Shown here one piece after another: positions 27,901-43,720 of a stretch of DNA of 64,000 nt. The notes below the pieces were generated by a model. The model worked only from the letters and a program-made list of their open reading frames with translations. It had not been told where the DNA came from and did not search any database. Source of the stretch: Auanema rhodensis (Eukaryota; Animalia; Nematoda); the NCBI GenBank assembly GCA_964057225.1, contig OZ059900.1, positions 4,464,001 through 4,528,000 on the forward strand. Direction: 5' to 3'. Numbering within the stretch: the stretch's first letter is position 1; each line of letters starts with the position of its first letter. The position numbers were made by a program, and so were the translations under genes.

Positions 27901-29000
27901 ACCGTTGAAGATAGAAGAATACTGTTAATTTTAATGAAGTCCCCATGGTTATATTAGTCTAGAAACACTATCTTATTGTGTTTGATGCATGGTAACCACG
28001 ACTTCCAATTTTTTGTGAACAGGTAGCTATACCACCTAAGTATCCAAAGAAAGTGATCTTGATTTGTAACTCGGATACCGTGGAAGATAGAAGAATACTG
28101 TTAATTTTAATGAAGTCCCCATGGTTATATTAGTCTAGAAACACTATCTTATTGTGTTTGATGCATGGTAACCACGACTTCCAATTTTTTGTGAACAGGT
28201 AGCTATACCACCTAAGTATCCAAAGAAAGTGATCTTGATTTGTAACTCGGATACCGTTGAAGATAGAAGAATACTGTGAAATTTAATGAAGTCTCCATGG
28301 TTATATTAGTCTAGAAACACTATCTTAAAGGATTTGATGCATGGTAACCAAGACTTCCAATTTTTTGTGAACAGGTAGCTATACCACCTAAGTATCCAAA
28401 GAGAGTGATCTTGATTTGTAACTCGGATACCGTTAAAGATAAAAGAATACTGTTAATTTTAATTTACTCCCCATGGTCATATTAGTCTAGAAACACTATC
28501 GTATTGTGTTTGATGCATGGGTAAATAGGACTTCCAATTTTTTGTGAACAGGTAGCTATACCACCTAAGTATCCAAAGAATGTGATCTTGATTTGTAACT
28601 CGGATACCGTTAAAGATAGAAGAATACTGTGAACTTAAATTAATTTCTCATGGTCATATTAGTCTAGAAACACAATCTTAATGGGTTTGATGCATGGTAA
28701 CCAGGACTTCCAATTTTTTGTGAACAGGTAGCTATACCACCTAAGTATCCAAAGAAAGTGATCTTGATTTGTAACTCGGATACCGTTAAAGATGGAAGAA
28801 TACTGTGAATTTTAATGAAGTCCCCATGGTCATATTAGTCTAGAAACACTATCTCAAAGGATGTGATGCATGGTAACCAAGACTTCCAATTTTTTGTGAA
28901 CAGGTAGCTATACCACCTAAGTATCCAAAGAAAGTGATCTTGATTTGTAACTCGGATACCGTTAAAGATGGAAGAATACTGTGAACTTAAATGAATTTCC

Positions 29001-32000
29001 CATGGTCATATTAGTCTAGAAACACAATCTTAATGGGTTTGATGCATGGTAACCAGGACTTCCAATTTTTTGTGAACAGGTAGCTATACCACCTAAGTAT
29101 CCAAAGAAAGTGATCTTGATTTGTAACTCGGATACCGTTGAAGATAGAAGAATACTGTGAACTTAAATGAATTTCCCATGGTCATATTAGTCTAGAAACA
29201 CAATCTTAATGGGTTTGATGCATGGTAACCAGGACTTCCAATTTTTTGTGAACAGGTAGCTATACCACCTAAGTATCCAAAGAGAGTGATCTTGATTTGT
29301 AACTCGGATACCGTTAAAGATAAAAGAATACTGTTAATTTTAATGAAATCCCCATGGTCATTTTAGTCTAGAAACACTATCGTATTGTGTTTGATGCATG
29401 GTAAATAGGACTTCCAATTTTTTGTGAACAGGTCGCTATACCACCTAAGTATCCGAAGAAAGTGATCTTGATTTGTAACTCGGATACCGTTAAAGATAGA
29501 AGAATACTGTGAACTTAAATTAATTTCCCATGGTCATATTAGTCTAGAAACACAATCTTAATGGGTTTGATGCATGGTAACCAGGACTTCCAATTTTTTG
29601 TGAACAGGTAGCTATACCACCTAAGTATCCAAAGAAAGTGATCTTGATTTGTAACTCGGATACCGTTGAAGATAGAAGAATACTGTGAAATTTAATGAAG
29701 TCATCATGGTCATATTAGTCTAGAAACACAATCTTAATGGGTTTGATGCATGGTAACCAGGACTTCCAATTTTTTGTGAACAGGTAGCTATACCACCTAA
29801 GTATCCAAAGAAAGTGATCTTGATTTGTAACTCGGATACCGTTGAAGATAGAAGAATACTGTGAAATTTAATGAAGTCCCCATGGTTATATTAGTCTAGA
29901 AACACTATCTTAAAGGATTTGATGCATGGTAACCAAGACTTCCAATTTTTTGTGAACAGGTAGCTATACCACCTAAGTATCCAAAGAAAGTGATCTTGAT
30001 TTGTAACTCGGATACCGTTGAAGATAGAAGAATACTGTGAAATTTAATGAAGTCATCATGGTCATATTAGTCTAGAAACACAATCTTAATGGGTTTGATG
30101 CATGGTAACCAGGACTTCCAATTTTTTGTGAACAGGTAGCTATACCACCTAAGTATCCAAAGAAAGTGATCTTGATTTGTAACTCGGATACCATTGAAGA
30201 TAGAAGAATACTGTGAAATTTAATGAAGTCCCCATGGTTATATTAGTCTAGAAACACTATCTTAAAGGATTTGATGCATGGTAACCAAGACTTCCAATTT
30301 TTTGTGAACAGGTAGCTATACCACCTAAGTATCCAAAGAAAGTGATCTTGATTTGTAACTCGGATACCGTTAAAGATAAAAGAATACTGTTAATTTTAAT
30401 GAAGTCCCCATGGTTATATTAGTCTAGAAACACTATCTTAAAGGATTTGATGCATGGTAACCAAGACTTCCAATTTTTTGTGAACAGGTAGCTATACCAC
30501 CTAAGTATCCAAAGAAAGTGATCTTGATTTGTAACTCGGATACCGTTGAAGATAGAAGAATACTGTGAAATTTAATGAAGTCATCATGGTCATATTAGTC
30601 TAGAAACACAATCTTAATGGGTTTGATGCATGGTAACCAGGACTTCCAATTTTTTGTGAACAGGTAGCTATACCACCTAAGTATCCAAAGAAAGTGATCT
30701 TGATTTGTAACTCGGATACCGTTGAAGATAGAAGAATACTGTGAACTTAAATGAATTTCCCATGGTCATATTAGTCTAGAAACACAATCTTAATGGGTTT
30801 GATGCATGGTAACCAGGACTTCCAATTTTTTGTGAACAGGTAGCTATACCACCTAAGTATCCAAAGAGAGTGATCTTGATTTGTAACTCGGATACCGTTA
30901 AAGATAAAAGAATACTGTTAATTTTAATGAAATCCCCATGGTCATTTTAGTCTAGAAACACTATCGTATTGTGTTTGATGCATGGTAAATAGGACTTCCA
31001 ATTTTTTGTGAACAGGTCGCTATACCACCTAAGTATCCGAAGAAAGTGATCTTGATTTGTAACTCGGATACCGTTAAAGATAGAAGAATACTGTGAACTT
31101 AAATTAATTTCCCATGGTCATATTAGTCTAGAAACACAATCTTAATGGGTTTGATGCATGGTAACCAGGACTTCCAATTTTTTGTGAACAGGTAGCTATA
31201 CCACCTAAGTATCCAAAGAAAGTGATCTTGATTTGTAACTCGGATACCGTTGAAGATAGAAGAATACTGTGAAATTTAATGAAGTCATCATGGTCATATT
31301 AGTCTAGAAACACAATCTTAATGGGTTTGATGCATGGTAACCAGGACTTCCAATTTTTTGTGAACAGGTAGCTATACCACCTAAGTATCCAAAGAAAGTG
31401 ATCTTGATTTGTAACTCGGATACCGTTGAAGATAGAAGAATACTGTGAAATTTAATGAAGTCCCCATGGTTATATTAGTCTAGAAACACTATCTTAAAGG
31501 ATTTGATGCATGGTAACCAAGACTTCCAATTTTTTGTGAACAGGTAGCTATACCACCTAAGTATCCAAAGAAAGTGATCTTGATTTGTAACTCGGATACC
31601 GTTGAAGATAGAAGAATACTGTGAAATTTAATGAAGTCATCATGGTCATATTAGTCTAGAAACACAATCTTAATGGGTTTGATGCATGGTAACCAGGACT
31701 TCCAATTTTTTGTGAACAGGTAGCTATACCACCTAAGTATCCAAAGAAAGTGATCTTGATTTGTAACTCGGATACCATTGAAGATAGAAGAATACTGTGA
31801 AATTTAATGAAGTCCCCATGGTTATATTAGTCTAGAAACACTATCTTAAAGGATTTGATGCATGGTAACCAAGACTTCCAATTTTTTGTGAACAGGTAGC
31901 TATACCACCTAAGTATCCAAAGAAAGTGATCTTGATTTGTAACTCGGATACCGTTAAAGATAAAAGAATACTGTTAATTTTAATGAAGTCCCCATGGTTA

Positions 32001-32399
32001 TATTAGTCTAGAAACACTATCTTAAAGGATTTGATGCATGGTAACCAAGACTTCCAATTTTTTGTGAACAGGTAGCTATACCACCTAAGTATCCAAAGAA
32101 AGTGATCTTGATTTGTAACTCGGATACCGTTGAAGATAGAAGAATACTGTGAAATTTAATGAAGTCATCATGGTCATATTAGTCTAGAAACACAATCTTA
32201 ATGGGTTTGATGCATGGTAACCAGGACTTCCAATTTTTTGTGAACAGGTAGCTATACCACCTAAGTATCCAAAGAAAGTGATCTTGATTTGTAACTCGGA
32301 TACCGTTGAAGATAGAAGAATACTGTGAACTTAAATGAATTTCCCATGGTCATATTAGTCTAGAAACACAATCTTAATGGGTTTGATGCATGGTAACCA
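29001..32399 (-). repeat. Tandem duplication of a 9-monomer unit (1584 bp)
   Basis: ggtcgcta 29434/31018, atccgaag 29455/31039 and ccattgaag 30193/31777 all pair at offset 1584. Confidence 0.88.
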
Positions 32400-35300
32400 A
32401 GACTTCCAATTTTTTGTGAACAGGTAGCTATACCACCTAAGTATCCAAAGAGAGTGATCTTGATTTGTAACTCGGATACCGTTAAAGATAAAAGAATACT
32501 GTTAATTTTAATTTACTCCCCATGGTCATATTAGTCTAGAAACACTATCGTATTGTGTTTGATGCATGGGTAAATAGGACTTCCAATTTTTTGTGAACAG
32601 GTAGCTATACCACCTAAGTATCCAAAGAAAGTGATCTTGATTTGTAACTCGGATACCGTTAAAGATAGAAGAATACTGTGAACTTAAATTAATTTCTCAT
32701 GGTCATATTAGTCTAGAAACACAATCTTAATGGGTTTGATGCATGGTAACCAGGACTTCCAATTTTTTGTGAACAGGTAGCTATACCACCTAAGTATCCA
32801 AAGAAAGTGATCTTGATTTGTAACTCGGATACCGTTAAAGATGGAAGAATACTGTGAATTTTAATGAAGTCCCCATGGTCATATTAGTCTAGAAACACTA
32901 TCTCAAAGGATGTGATGCATGGTAACCAAGACTTCCAATTTTTTGTGAACAGGTAGCTATACCACCTAAGTATCCAAAGAAAGTGATCTTGATTTGTAAC
33001 TCGGATACCGTTAAAGATGGAAGAATACTGTGAACTTAAATGAATTTCCCATGGTCATATTAGTCTAGAAACACAATCTTAATGGGTTTGATGCATGGTA
33101 ACCAGGACTTCCAATTTTTTGTGAACAGGTAGCTATACCACCTAAGTATCCAAAGAAAGTGATCTTGATTTGTAACTCGGATACCGTTGAAGATAGAAGA
33201 ATACTGTGAAATTTAATGAAGTCCCCATGGTTATATTAGTCTAGAAACACTATCTTAAAGGATTTGATGCATGGTAACCAAGACTTCCAATTTTTTGTGA
33301 ACAGGTAGCTATACCACCTAAGTATCCAAAGAAAGTGATCTTGATTTGTAACTCGGATACCGTTGAAGATAGAAGAATACTGTGAAATTTAATGAAGTCT
33401 CCATGGTTATATTAGTCTAGAAACACTATCTTAAAGGATTTGATGCATGGTAACCAAGACTTCCAATTTTTTGTGAACAGGTAGCTATACCACCTAAGTA
33501 TCCAAAGAAAGTGATCTTGATTTGTAACTCGGATACCGTTGAAGATAGAAGAATACTGTGAAATTTAATGAAGTCTCCATGGTTATATTAGTCTAGAAAC
33601 ACTATCTTAAAGGATTTGATGCATGGTAACCAAGACTTCCAATTTTTTGTGAACAGGTAGCTATACCACCTAAGTATCCAAAGAAAGTGATCTTGATTTG
33701 TAACTCGGATACCGTTGAAGATAGAAGAATACTGTTAATTTTAATGAAGTCCCCATGGTTATATTAGTCTAGAAACAATATCTTATTGTGTTTGATGCAT
33801 GGTAACCACGACTTCCAATTTTTTGTGAACAGGTAGCTATACCACCTAAGTATCCAAAGAAAGTGATCTTGATTTGTAACTCGGATACCGTTGAAGATAG
33901 AAGAATACTGTTAATTTTAATGAAGTCCCCATGGTTATATTAGTCTAGAAACACTATCTTATTGTGTTTGATGCATGGTAACCACGACTTCCAATTTTTT
34001 GTGAACAGGTAGCTATACCACCTAAGTATCCAAAGAAAGTGATCTTGATTTGTAACTCGGATACCGTTGAAGATAGAAGAATACTGTGAAATTTAATGAA
34101 GTCTCCATGGTTATATTAGTCTAGAAACACTATCTTAAAGGATTTGATGCATGGTAACCAAGACTTCCAATTTTTTGTGAACAGGTAGCTATACCACCTA
34201 AGTATCCAAAGAGAGTGATCTTGATTTGTAACTCGGATACCGTTAAAGATAAAAGAATACTGTTAATTTTAATTTACTCCCCATGGTCATATTAGTCTAG
34301 AAACACTATCGTATTGTGTTTGATGCATGGGTAAATAGGACTTCCAATTTTTTGTGAACAGGTAGCTATACCACCTAAGTATCCAAAGAAAGTGATCTTG
34401 ATTTGTAACTCGGATACCGTTGAAGATAGAAGAATACTGTGAAATTTAATGAAGTCATCATGGTCATATTAGTCTAGAAACACAATCTTAATGGGTTTGA
34501 TGCATGGTAACCAAGACTTCCAATTTTTTGTGAACAGGTAGCTATACCACCTAAGTATCCAAAGAAAGTGATCTTGATTTGTAACTCGGATACCGTAGAA
34601 GATAGAAGAATACTGTGAAATTTAATGAAGTCTCCATGGTTATATTAGTCTAGAAACACTATCTTAAAGGATTTGATGCATGGTAACCAAGACTTCCAAT
34701 TTTTTGTGAACAGGTAGCTATACCACCTAAGTATCCAAAGAAAGTGATCTTGATTTGTAACTCGGATACCGTTGAAGATAGAAGAATACTGTGAAATTTA
34801 ATGAAGTCTCCATGGTTATATTAGTCTAGAAACACAATCTTAATGGGTTTGATGCATGGTAACCAAGACTTCCAATTTTTTGTGAACAGGTAGCTATACC
34901 ACCTAAGTATCCAAAGAAAGTGATCTTGATTTGTAACTCGGATACCGTTAAAGATAAAAGAATACTGTTAATTTTAATTTACTCCCCATGGTCATATTAG
35001 TCTAGAAACACTATCGTATTGTGTTTGATGCATGGGTAAATAGGACTTCCAATTTTTTGTGAACAGGTAGCTATACCACCTAAGTATCCAAAGAAAGTGA
35101 TCTTGATTTGTAACTCGGATACCGTTAAAGATAGAAGAATACTGTGAACTTAAATTAATTTCTCATGGTCATATTAGTCTAGAAACACAATCTTAATGGG
35201 TTTGATGCATGGTAACCAGGACTTCCAATTTTTTGTGAACAGGTAGCTATACCACCTAAGTATCCAAAGAAAGTGATCTTGATTTGTAACTCGGATACCG

Positions 35301-37334
35301 TTAAAGATGGAAGAATACTGTGAATTTTAATGAAGTCCCCATGGTCATATTAGTCTAGAAACACTATCTCAAAGGATGTGATGCATGGTAACCAAGACTT
35401 CCAATTTTTTGTGAACAGGTAGCTATACCACCTAAGTATCCAAAGAAAGTGATCTTGATTTGTAACTCGGATACCGTTGAAGATAGAAGAATACTGTGAA
35501 ATTTAATGAAGTCTCCATGGTTATATTAGTCTAGAAACACAATCTTAATGGGTTTGATGCATGGTAACCAAGACTTCCAATTTTTTGTGAACAGGTAGCT
35601 ATACCACCTAAGTATCCAAAGAAAGTGATCTTGATTTGTAACTCGGATACCGTTAAAGATAAAAGAATACTGTTAATTTTAATTTACTCCCCATGGTCAT
35701 ATTAGTCTAGAAACACTATCGTATTGTGTTTGATGCATGGGTAAATAGGACTTCCAATTTTTTGTGAACAGGTAGCTATACCACCTAAGTATCCAAAGAA
35801 AGTGATCTTGATTTGTAACTCGGATACCGTTAAAGATAGAAGAATACTGTGAACTTAAATTAATTTCTCATGGTCATATTAGTCTAGAAACACAATCTTA
35901 ATGGGTTTGATGCATGGTAACCAGGACTTCCAATTTTTTGTGAACAGGTAGCTATACCACCTAAGTATCCAAAGAAAGTGATCTTGATTTGTAACTCGGA
36001 TACCGTTAAAGATGGAAGAATACTGTGAATTTTAATGAAGTCCCCATGGTCATATTAGTCTAGAAACACTATCTCAAAGGATGTGATGCATGGTAACCAA
36101 GACTTCCAATTTTTTGTGAACAGGTAGCTATACCACCTAAGTATCCAAAGAGAGTGATCTTGATTTGTAACTCGGATACCGTTAAAGATAAAAGAATACT
36201 GTTAATTTTAATTTACTCCCCATGGTCATATTAGTCTAGAAACACTATCGTATTGTGTTTGATGCATGGTAACCAGGACTTCCAATTTTTTGTGAACAGG
36301 TAGCTATACCACCTAAGTATCCAAAGAAAGTGATCTTGATTTGTAACTCGGATACCGTTGAAGATAGAAGAATACTGTGAAATTTAATGAAGTCCCCATG
36401 GTTATATTAGTCTAGAAACACAATCTTAATGGGTTTGATGCATGGTAACCAAGACTTCCAATTTTTTGTGAACAGGTAGCTATACCACCTAAGTATCCAA
36501 AGAAAGTGATCTTGATTTGTAACTCGGATACCGTAGAAGATAGAAGAATACTGTGAAATTTAATGAAGTCTCCATGGTTATATTAGTCTAGCAACACTAT
36601 CTTAAAGGATTTGATGCATGGTAACCAAGACTTCCAATTTTTTGTGAACAGGTAGCTATACCACCTAAGTATCCAAAGAAAGTGATCTTGATTTGTAACT
36701 CGGATACCGTTGAAGATAGAAGAATACTGTGAAATTTAATGAAGTCTCCATGGTTATATTAGTCTAGAAACACAATCTTAATGGGTTTGATGCATGGTAA
36801 CCAAGACTTCCAATTTTTTGTGAACAGGTAGCTATACCACCTAAGTATCCAAAGAAAGTGATCTTGATTTGTAACTCGGATACCGTTAAAGATAAAAGAA
36901 TACTGTTAATTTTAATTTACTCCCCATGGTCATATTAGTCTAGAAACACTATCGTATTGTGTTTGATGCATGGGTAAATAGGACTTCCAATTTTTTGTGA
37001 ACAGGTAGCTATACCACCTAAGTATCCAAAGAAAGTGATCTTGATTTGTAACTCGGATACCGTTAAAGATAGAAGAATACTGTGAACTTAAATTAATTTC
37101 TCATGGTCATATTAGTCTAGAAACACAATCTTAATGGGTTTGATGCATGGTAACCAGGACTTCCAATTTTTTGTGAACAGGTAGCTATACCACCTAAGTA
37201 TCCAAAGAAAGTGATCTTGATTTGTAACTCGGATACCGTTAAAGATGGAAGAATACTGTGAATTTTAATGAAGTCCCCATGGTCATATTAGTCTAGAAAC
37301 ACTATCTCAAAGGATGTGATGCATGGTAACCAAG

Positions 37335-40300
37335 ACTTCCAATTTTTTGTGAACAGGTAGCTATACCACCTAAGTATCCAAAGAGAGTGATCTTGATTTG
37401 TAACTCGGATACCGTTAAAGATAAAAGAATACTGTTAATTTTAATTTACTCCCCATGGTCATATTAGTCTAGAAACACTATCGTATTGTGTTTGATGCAT
37501 GGTAACCAGGACTTCCAATTTTTTGTGAACAGGTAGCTATACCACCTAAGTATCCAAAGAAAGTGATCTTGATTTGTAACTCGGATACCGTTGAAGATAG
37601 AAGAATACTGTGAAATTTAATGAAGTCCCCATGGTTATATTAGTCTAGAAACACAATCTTAATGGGTTTGATGCATGGTAACCAGGACTTCCAATTTTTT
37701 GTGAACAGGTAGCTATACCACCTAAGTATCCAAAGAAAGTGATCTTGATTTGTAACTCGGATACCGTTGAAGATAGAAGAATACTGTGAAATTTAATGAA
37801 GTCTCCATGGTTATATTAGTCTAGAAACACTATCTTAAAGGATTTGATGCATGGTAACCAAGACTTCCAATTTTTTGTGAACAGGTAGCTATACCACCAA
37901 AGTATCCAAAGAAAGTGATCTTGATTTGTAACTCGGATACCGTTAAAGATGGAAGAATACTGTGAACTTAAATGAATTTCCCATGGTCATATTAGTCTAG
38001 AAACACAATCTTAATGGGTTTGATGCATGGTAACCAAGACTTCCAATTTTTTGTGAACAGGTAGCTATACCACCTAAGTATCCAAAGAAAGTGATCTTGA
38101 TTTGTAACTCGGATACCGTTGAAGATAGAAGAATACTGTTAATTTTAATGAAGTCCCCATGGTTATATTAGTCTAGAAACACTATCGTATTGTGTTTGAT
38201 GCATGGTAACCACGACTTCCAATTTTTTGTGAACAGGTAGCTATACCACCTAAGTATCCAAAGAGAGTGATCTTGATTTGTAACTCGGATACCGTTGAAG
38301 ATAGAAGAATACTGTTAATTTTAATGAAGTCCCCATGGTTATATTAGTCTAGAAACACTATCGTATTGTGTTTGATGCATGGTAAATAGGACTTCCAATT
38401 TTTTGTGAACAGGTAGCTATACCACCTAAGTATCCGAAGAAAGTGATCTTGATTTGTAACTCGGATACCGTTAAAGATAGAAGAATACTGTGAACTTAAA
38501 TTAATTTCCCATGGTCATATTAGTCTAGAAACACAATCTTAATGGGTTTGATGCATGGTAACCAGGACTTCCAATTTTTTGTGAACAGGTAGCTATACCA
38601 CCTAAGTATCCAAAGAAAGTGATCTTGATTTGTAACTCGGATACCGTTGAAGATAGAAGAATACTGTGAAATTTAATGAAGTCATCATGGTCATATTAGT
38701 CTAGAAACACAATCTTAATGGGTTTGATGCATGGTAACCAGGACTTCCAATTTTTTGTGAACAGGTAGCTATACCACCTAAGTATCCAAAGAAAGTGATC
38801 TTGATTTGTAACTCGGATACCGTTGAAGATAGAAGAATACTGTGAAATTTAATGAAGTCCCCATGGTTATATTAGTCTAGAAACACTATCTTAAAGGATT
38901 TGATGCATGGTAACCAAGACTTCCAATTTTTTGTGAACAGGTAGCTATACCACCTAAGTATCCAAAGAAAGTGATCTTGATTTGTAACTCGGATACCGTT
39001 GAAGATAGAAGAATACTGTGAAATTTAATGAAGTCATCATGGTCATATTAGTCTAGAAACACAATCTTAATGGGTTTGATGCATGGTAACCAGGACTTCC
39101 AATTTTTTGTGAACAGGTAGCTATACCACCTAAGTATCCAAAGAAAGTGATCTTGATTTGTAACTCGGATACCATTGAAGATAGAAGAATACTGTGAAAT
39201 TTAATGAAGTCCCCATGGTTATATTAGTCTAGAAACACTATCTTAAAGGATTTGATGCATGGTAACCAAGACTTCCAATTTTTTGTGAACAGGTAGCTAT
39301 ACCACCTAAGTATCCAAAGAAAGTGATCTTGATTTGTAACTCGGATACCGTTAAAGATAAAAGAATACTGTTAATTTTAATGAAGTCCCCATGGTCATAT
39401 TAGTCTAGAAACACTATCGTATTGTGTTTGATGCATGGTAAATAGGACTTCCAATTTTTTGTGAACAGGTAGCTATACCACCTAAGTATCCAAAGAGAGT
39501 GATCTTGATTTGTAACTCGGATACCGTTAAAGATAAAAGAATACTGTTAATTTTAATTTACTCCCCATGGTCATATTAGTCTAGAAACACTATCGTATTG
39601 TGTTTGATGCATGGTAACCAGGACTTCCAATTTTTTGTGAACAGGTAGCTATACCACCTAAGTATCCAAAGAAAGTGATCTTGATTTGTAACTCGGATAC
39701 CGTTGAAGATAGAAGAATACTGTGAAATTTAATGAAGTCCCCATGGTTATATTAGTCTAGAAACACAATCTTAATGGGTTTGATGCATGGTAACCAGGAC
39801 TTCCAATTTTTTGTGAACAGGTAGCTATACCACCTAAGTATCCAAAGAAAGTGATCTTGATTTGTAACTCGGATACCGTTGAAGATAGAAGAATACTGTG
39901 AAATTTAATGAAGTCTCCATGGTTATATTAGTCTAGAAACACTATCTTAAAGGATTTGATGCATGGTAACCAAGACTTCCAATTTTTTGTGAACAGGTAG
40001 CTATACCACCAAAGTATCCAAAGAAAGTGATCTTGATTTGTAACTCGGATACCGTTAAAGATGGAAGAATACTGTGAACTTAAATGAATTTCCCATGGTC
40101 ATATTAGTCTAGAAACACAATCTTAATGGGTTTGATGCATGGTAACCAAGACTTCCAATTTTTTGTGAACAGGTAGCTATACCACCTAAGTATCCAAAGA
40201 AAGTGATCTTGATTTGTAACTCGGATACCGTTGAAGATAGAAGAATACTGTTAATTTTAATGAAGTCCCCATGGTTATATTAGTCTAGAAACACTATCGT

Positions 40301-43300
40301 ATTGTGTTTGATGCATGGTAACCACGACTTCCAATTTTTTGTGAACAGGTAGCTATACCACCTAAGTATCCAAAGAGAGTGATCTTGATTTGTAACTCGG
40401 ATACCGTTGAAGATAGAAGAATACTGTTAATTTTAATGAAGTCCCCATGGTTATATTAGTCTAGAAACACTATCGTATTGTGTTTGATGCATGGTAAATA
40501 GGACTTCCAATTTTTTGTGAACAGGTAGCTATACCACCTAAGTATCCGAAGAAAGTGATCTTGATTTGTAACTCGGATACCGTTAAAGATAGAAGAATAC
40601 TGTGAACTTAAATTAATTTCCCATGGTCATATTAGTCTAGAAACACAATCTTAATGGGTTTGATGCATGGTAACCAGGACTTCCAATTTTTTGTGAACAG
40701 GTAGCTATACCACCTAAGTATCCAAAGAAAGTGATCTTGATTTGTAACTCGGATACCGTTGAAGATAGAAGAATACTGTGAAATTTAATGAAGTCATCAT
40801 GGTCATATTAGTCTAGAAACACAATCTTAATGGGTTTGATGCATGGTAACCAGGACTTCCAATTTTTTGTGAACAGGTAGCTATACCACCTAAGTATCCA
40901 AAGAAAGTGATCTTGATTTGTAACTCGGATACCGTTGAAGATAGAAGAATACTGTGAAATTTAATGAAGTCCCCATGGTTATATTAGTCTAGAAACACTA
41001 TCTTAAAGGATTTGATGCATGGTAACCAAGACTTCCAATTTTTTGTGAACAGGTAGCTATACCACCTAAGTATCCAAAGAAAGTGATCTTGATTTGTAAC
41101 TCGGATACCGTTGAAGATAGAAGAATACTGTGAAATTTAATGAAGTCATCATGGTCATATTAGTCTAGAAACACAATCTTAATGGGTTTGATGCATGGTA
41201 ACCAGGACTTCCAATTTTTTGTGAACAGGTAGCTATACCACCTAAGTATCCAAAGAAAGTGATCTTGATTTGTAACTCGGATACCATTGAAGATAGAAGA
41301 ATACTGTGAAATTTAATGAAGTCCCCATGGTTATATTAGTCTAGAAACACTATCTTAAAGGATTTGATGCATGGTAACCAAGACTTCCAATTTTTTGTGA
41401 ACAGGTAGCTATACCACCTAAGTATCCAAAGAAAGTGATCTTGATTTGTAACTCGGATACCGTTAAAGATAAAAGAATACTGTTAATTTTAATGAAGTCC
41501 CCATGGTCATATTAGTCTAGAAACACTATCGTATTGTGTTTGATGCATGGTAAATAGGACTTCCAATTTTTTGTGAACAGGTAGCTATACCACCTAAGTA
41601 TCCAAAGAGAGTGATCTTGATTTGTAACTCGGATACCGTTAAAGATAAAAGAATACTGTTAATTTTAATTTACTCCCCATGGTCATATTAGTCTAGAAAC
41701 ACTATCGTATTGTGTTTGATGCATGGTAACCAGGACTTCCAATTTTTTGTGAACAGGTAGCTATACCACCTAAGTATCCAAAGAAAGTGATCTTGATTTG
41801 TAACTCGGATACCGTTGAAGATAGAAGAATACTGTGAAATTTAATGAAGTCCCCATGGTTATATTAGTCTAGAAACACAATCTTAATGGGTTTGATGCAT
41901 GGTAACCAGGACTTCCAATTTTTTGTGAACAGGTAGCTATACCACCTAAGTATCCAAAGAAAGTGATCTTGATTTGTAACTCGGATACCGTTGAAGATAG
42001 AAGAATACTGTGAAATTTAATGAAGTCTCCATGGTTATATTAGTCTAGAAACACTATCTTAAAGGATTTGATGCATGGTAACCAAGACTTCCAATTTTTT
42101 GTGAACAGGTAGCTATACCACCAAAGTATCCAAAGAAAGTGATCTTGATTTGTAACTCGGATACCGTTAAAGATGGAAGAATACTGTGAACTTAAATGAA
42201 TTTCCCATGGTCATATTAGTCTAGAAACACAATCTTAATGGGTTTGATGCATGGTAACCAAGACTTCCAATTTTTTGTGAACAGGTAGCTATACCACCTA
42301 AGTATCCAAAGAAAGTGATCTTGATTTGTAACTCGGATACCGTTGAAGATAGAAGAATACTGTTAATTTTAATGAAGTCCCCATGGTTATATTAGTCTAG
42401 AAACACTATCGTATTGTGTTTGATGCATGGTAACCACGACTTCCAATTTTTTGTGAACAGGTAGCTATACCACCTAAGTATCCAAAGAGAGTGATCTTGA
42501 TTTGTAACTCGGATACCGTTGAAGATAGAAGAATACTGTTAATTTTAATGAAGTCCCCATGGTTATATTAGTCTAGAAACACTATCGTATTGTGTTTGAT
42601 GCATGGTAAATAGGACTTCCAATTTTTTGTGAACAGGTAGCTATACCACCTAAGTATCCGAAGAAAGTGATCTTGATTTGTAACTCGGATACCGTTAAAG
42701 ATAGAAGAATACTGTGAACTTAAATTAATTTCCCATGGTCATATTAGTCTAGAAACACAATCTTAATGGGTTTGATGCATGGTAACCAGGACTTCCAATT
42801 TTTTGTGAACAGGTAGCTATACCACCTAAGTATCCAAAGAAAGTGATCTTGATTTGTAACTCGGATACCGTTGAAGATAGAAGAATACTGTGAAATTTAA
42901 TGAAGTCATCATGGTCATATTAGTCTAGAAACACAATCTTAATGGGTTTGATGCATGGTAACCAGGACTTCCAATTTTTTGTGAACAGGTAGCTATACCA
43001 CCTAAGTATCCAAAGAAAGTGATCTTGATTTGTAACTCGGATACCGTTGAAGATAGAAGAATACTGTGAAATTTAATGAAGTCCCCATGGTTATATTAGT
43101 CTAGAAACACTATCTTAAAGGATTTGATGCATGGTAACCAAGACTTCCAATTTTTTGTGAACAGGTAGCTATACCACCTAAGTATCCAAAGAAAGTGATC
43201 TTGATTTGTAACTCGGATACCGTTGAAGATAGAAGAATACTGTGAAATTTAATGAAGTCATCATGGTCATATTAGTCTAGAAACACAATCTTAATGGGTT

Positions 43301-43720
43301 TGATGCATGGTAACCAGGACTTCCAATTTTTTGTGAACAGGTAGCTATACCACCTAAGTATCCAAAGAAAGTGATCTTGATTTGTAACTCGGATACCATT
43401 GAAGATAGAAGAATACTGTGAAATTTAATGAAGTCCCCATGGTTATATTAGTCTAGAAACACTATCTTAAAGGATTTGATGCATGGTAACCAAGACTTCC
43501 AATTTTTTGTGAACAGGTAGCTATACCACCTAAGTATCCAAAGAAAGTGATCTTGATTTGTAACTCGGATACCGTTAAAGATAAAAGAATACTGTTAATT
43601 TTAATGAAGTCCCCATGGTCATATTAGTCTAGAAACACTATCGTATTGTGTTTGATGCATGGTAAATAGGACTTCCAATTTTTTGTGAACAGGTAGCTAT
43701 ACCACCTAAGTATCCAAAGA
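37335..43720 (-). repeat. Tandem triplication of a 12-monomer unit (2112 bp)
   Basis: caccaaagtat variant at 37899, 40011 and 42123; tatccgaag at 38436, 40548 and 42660. The offset is a constant 2112. Confidence 0.92.
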
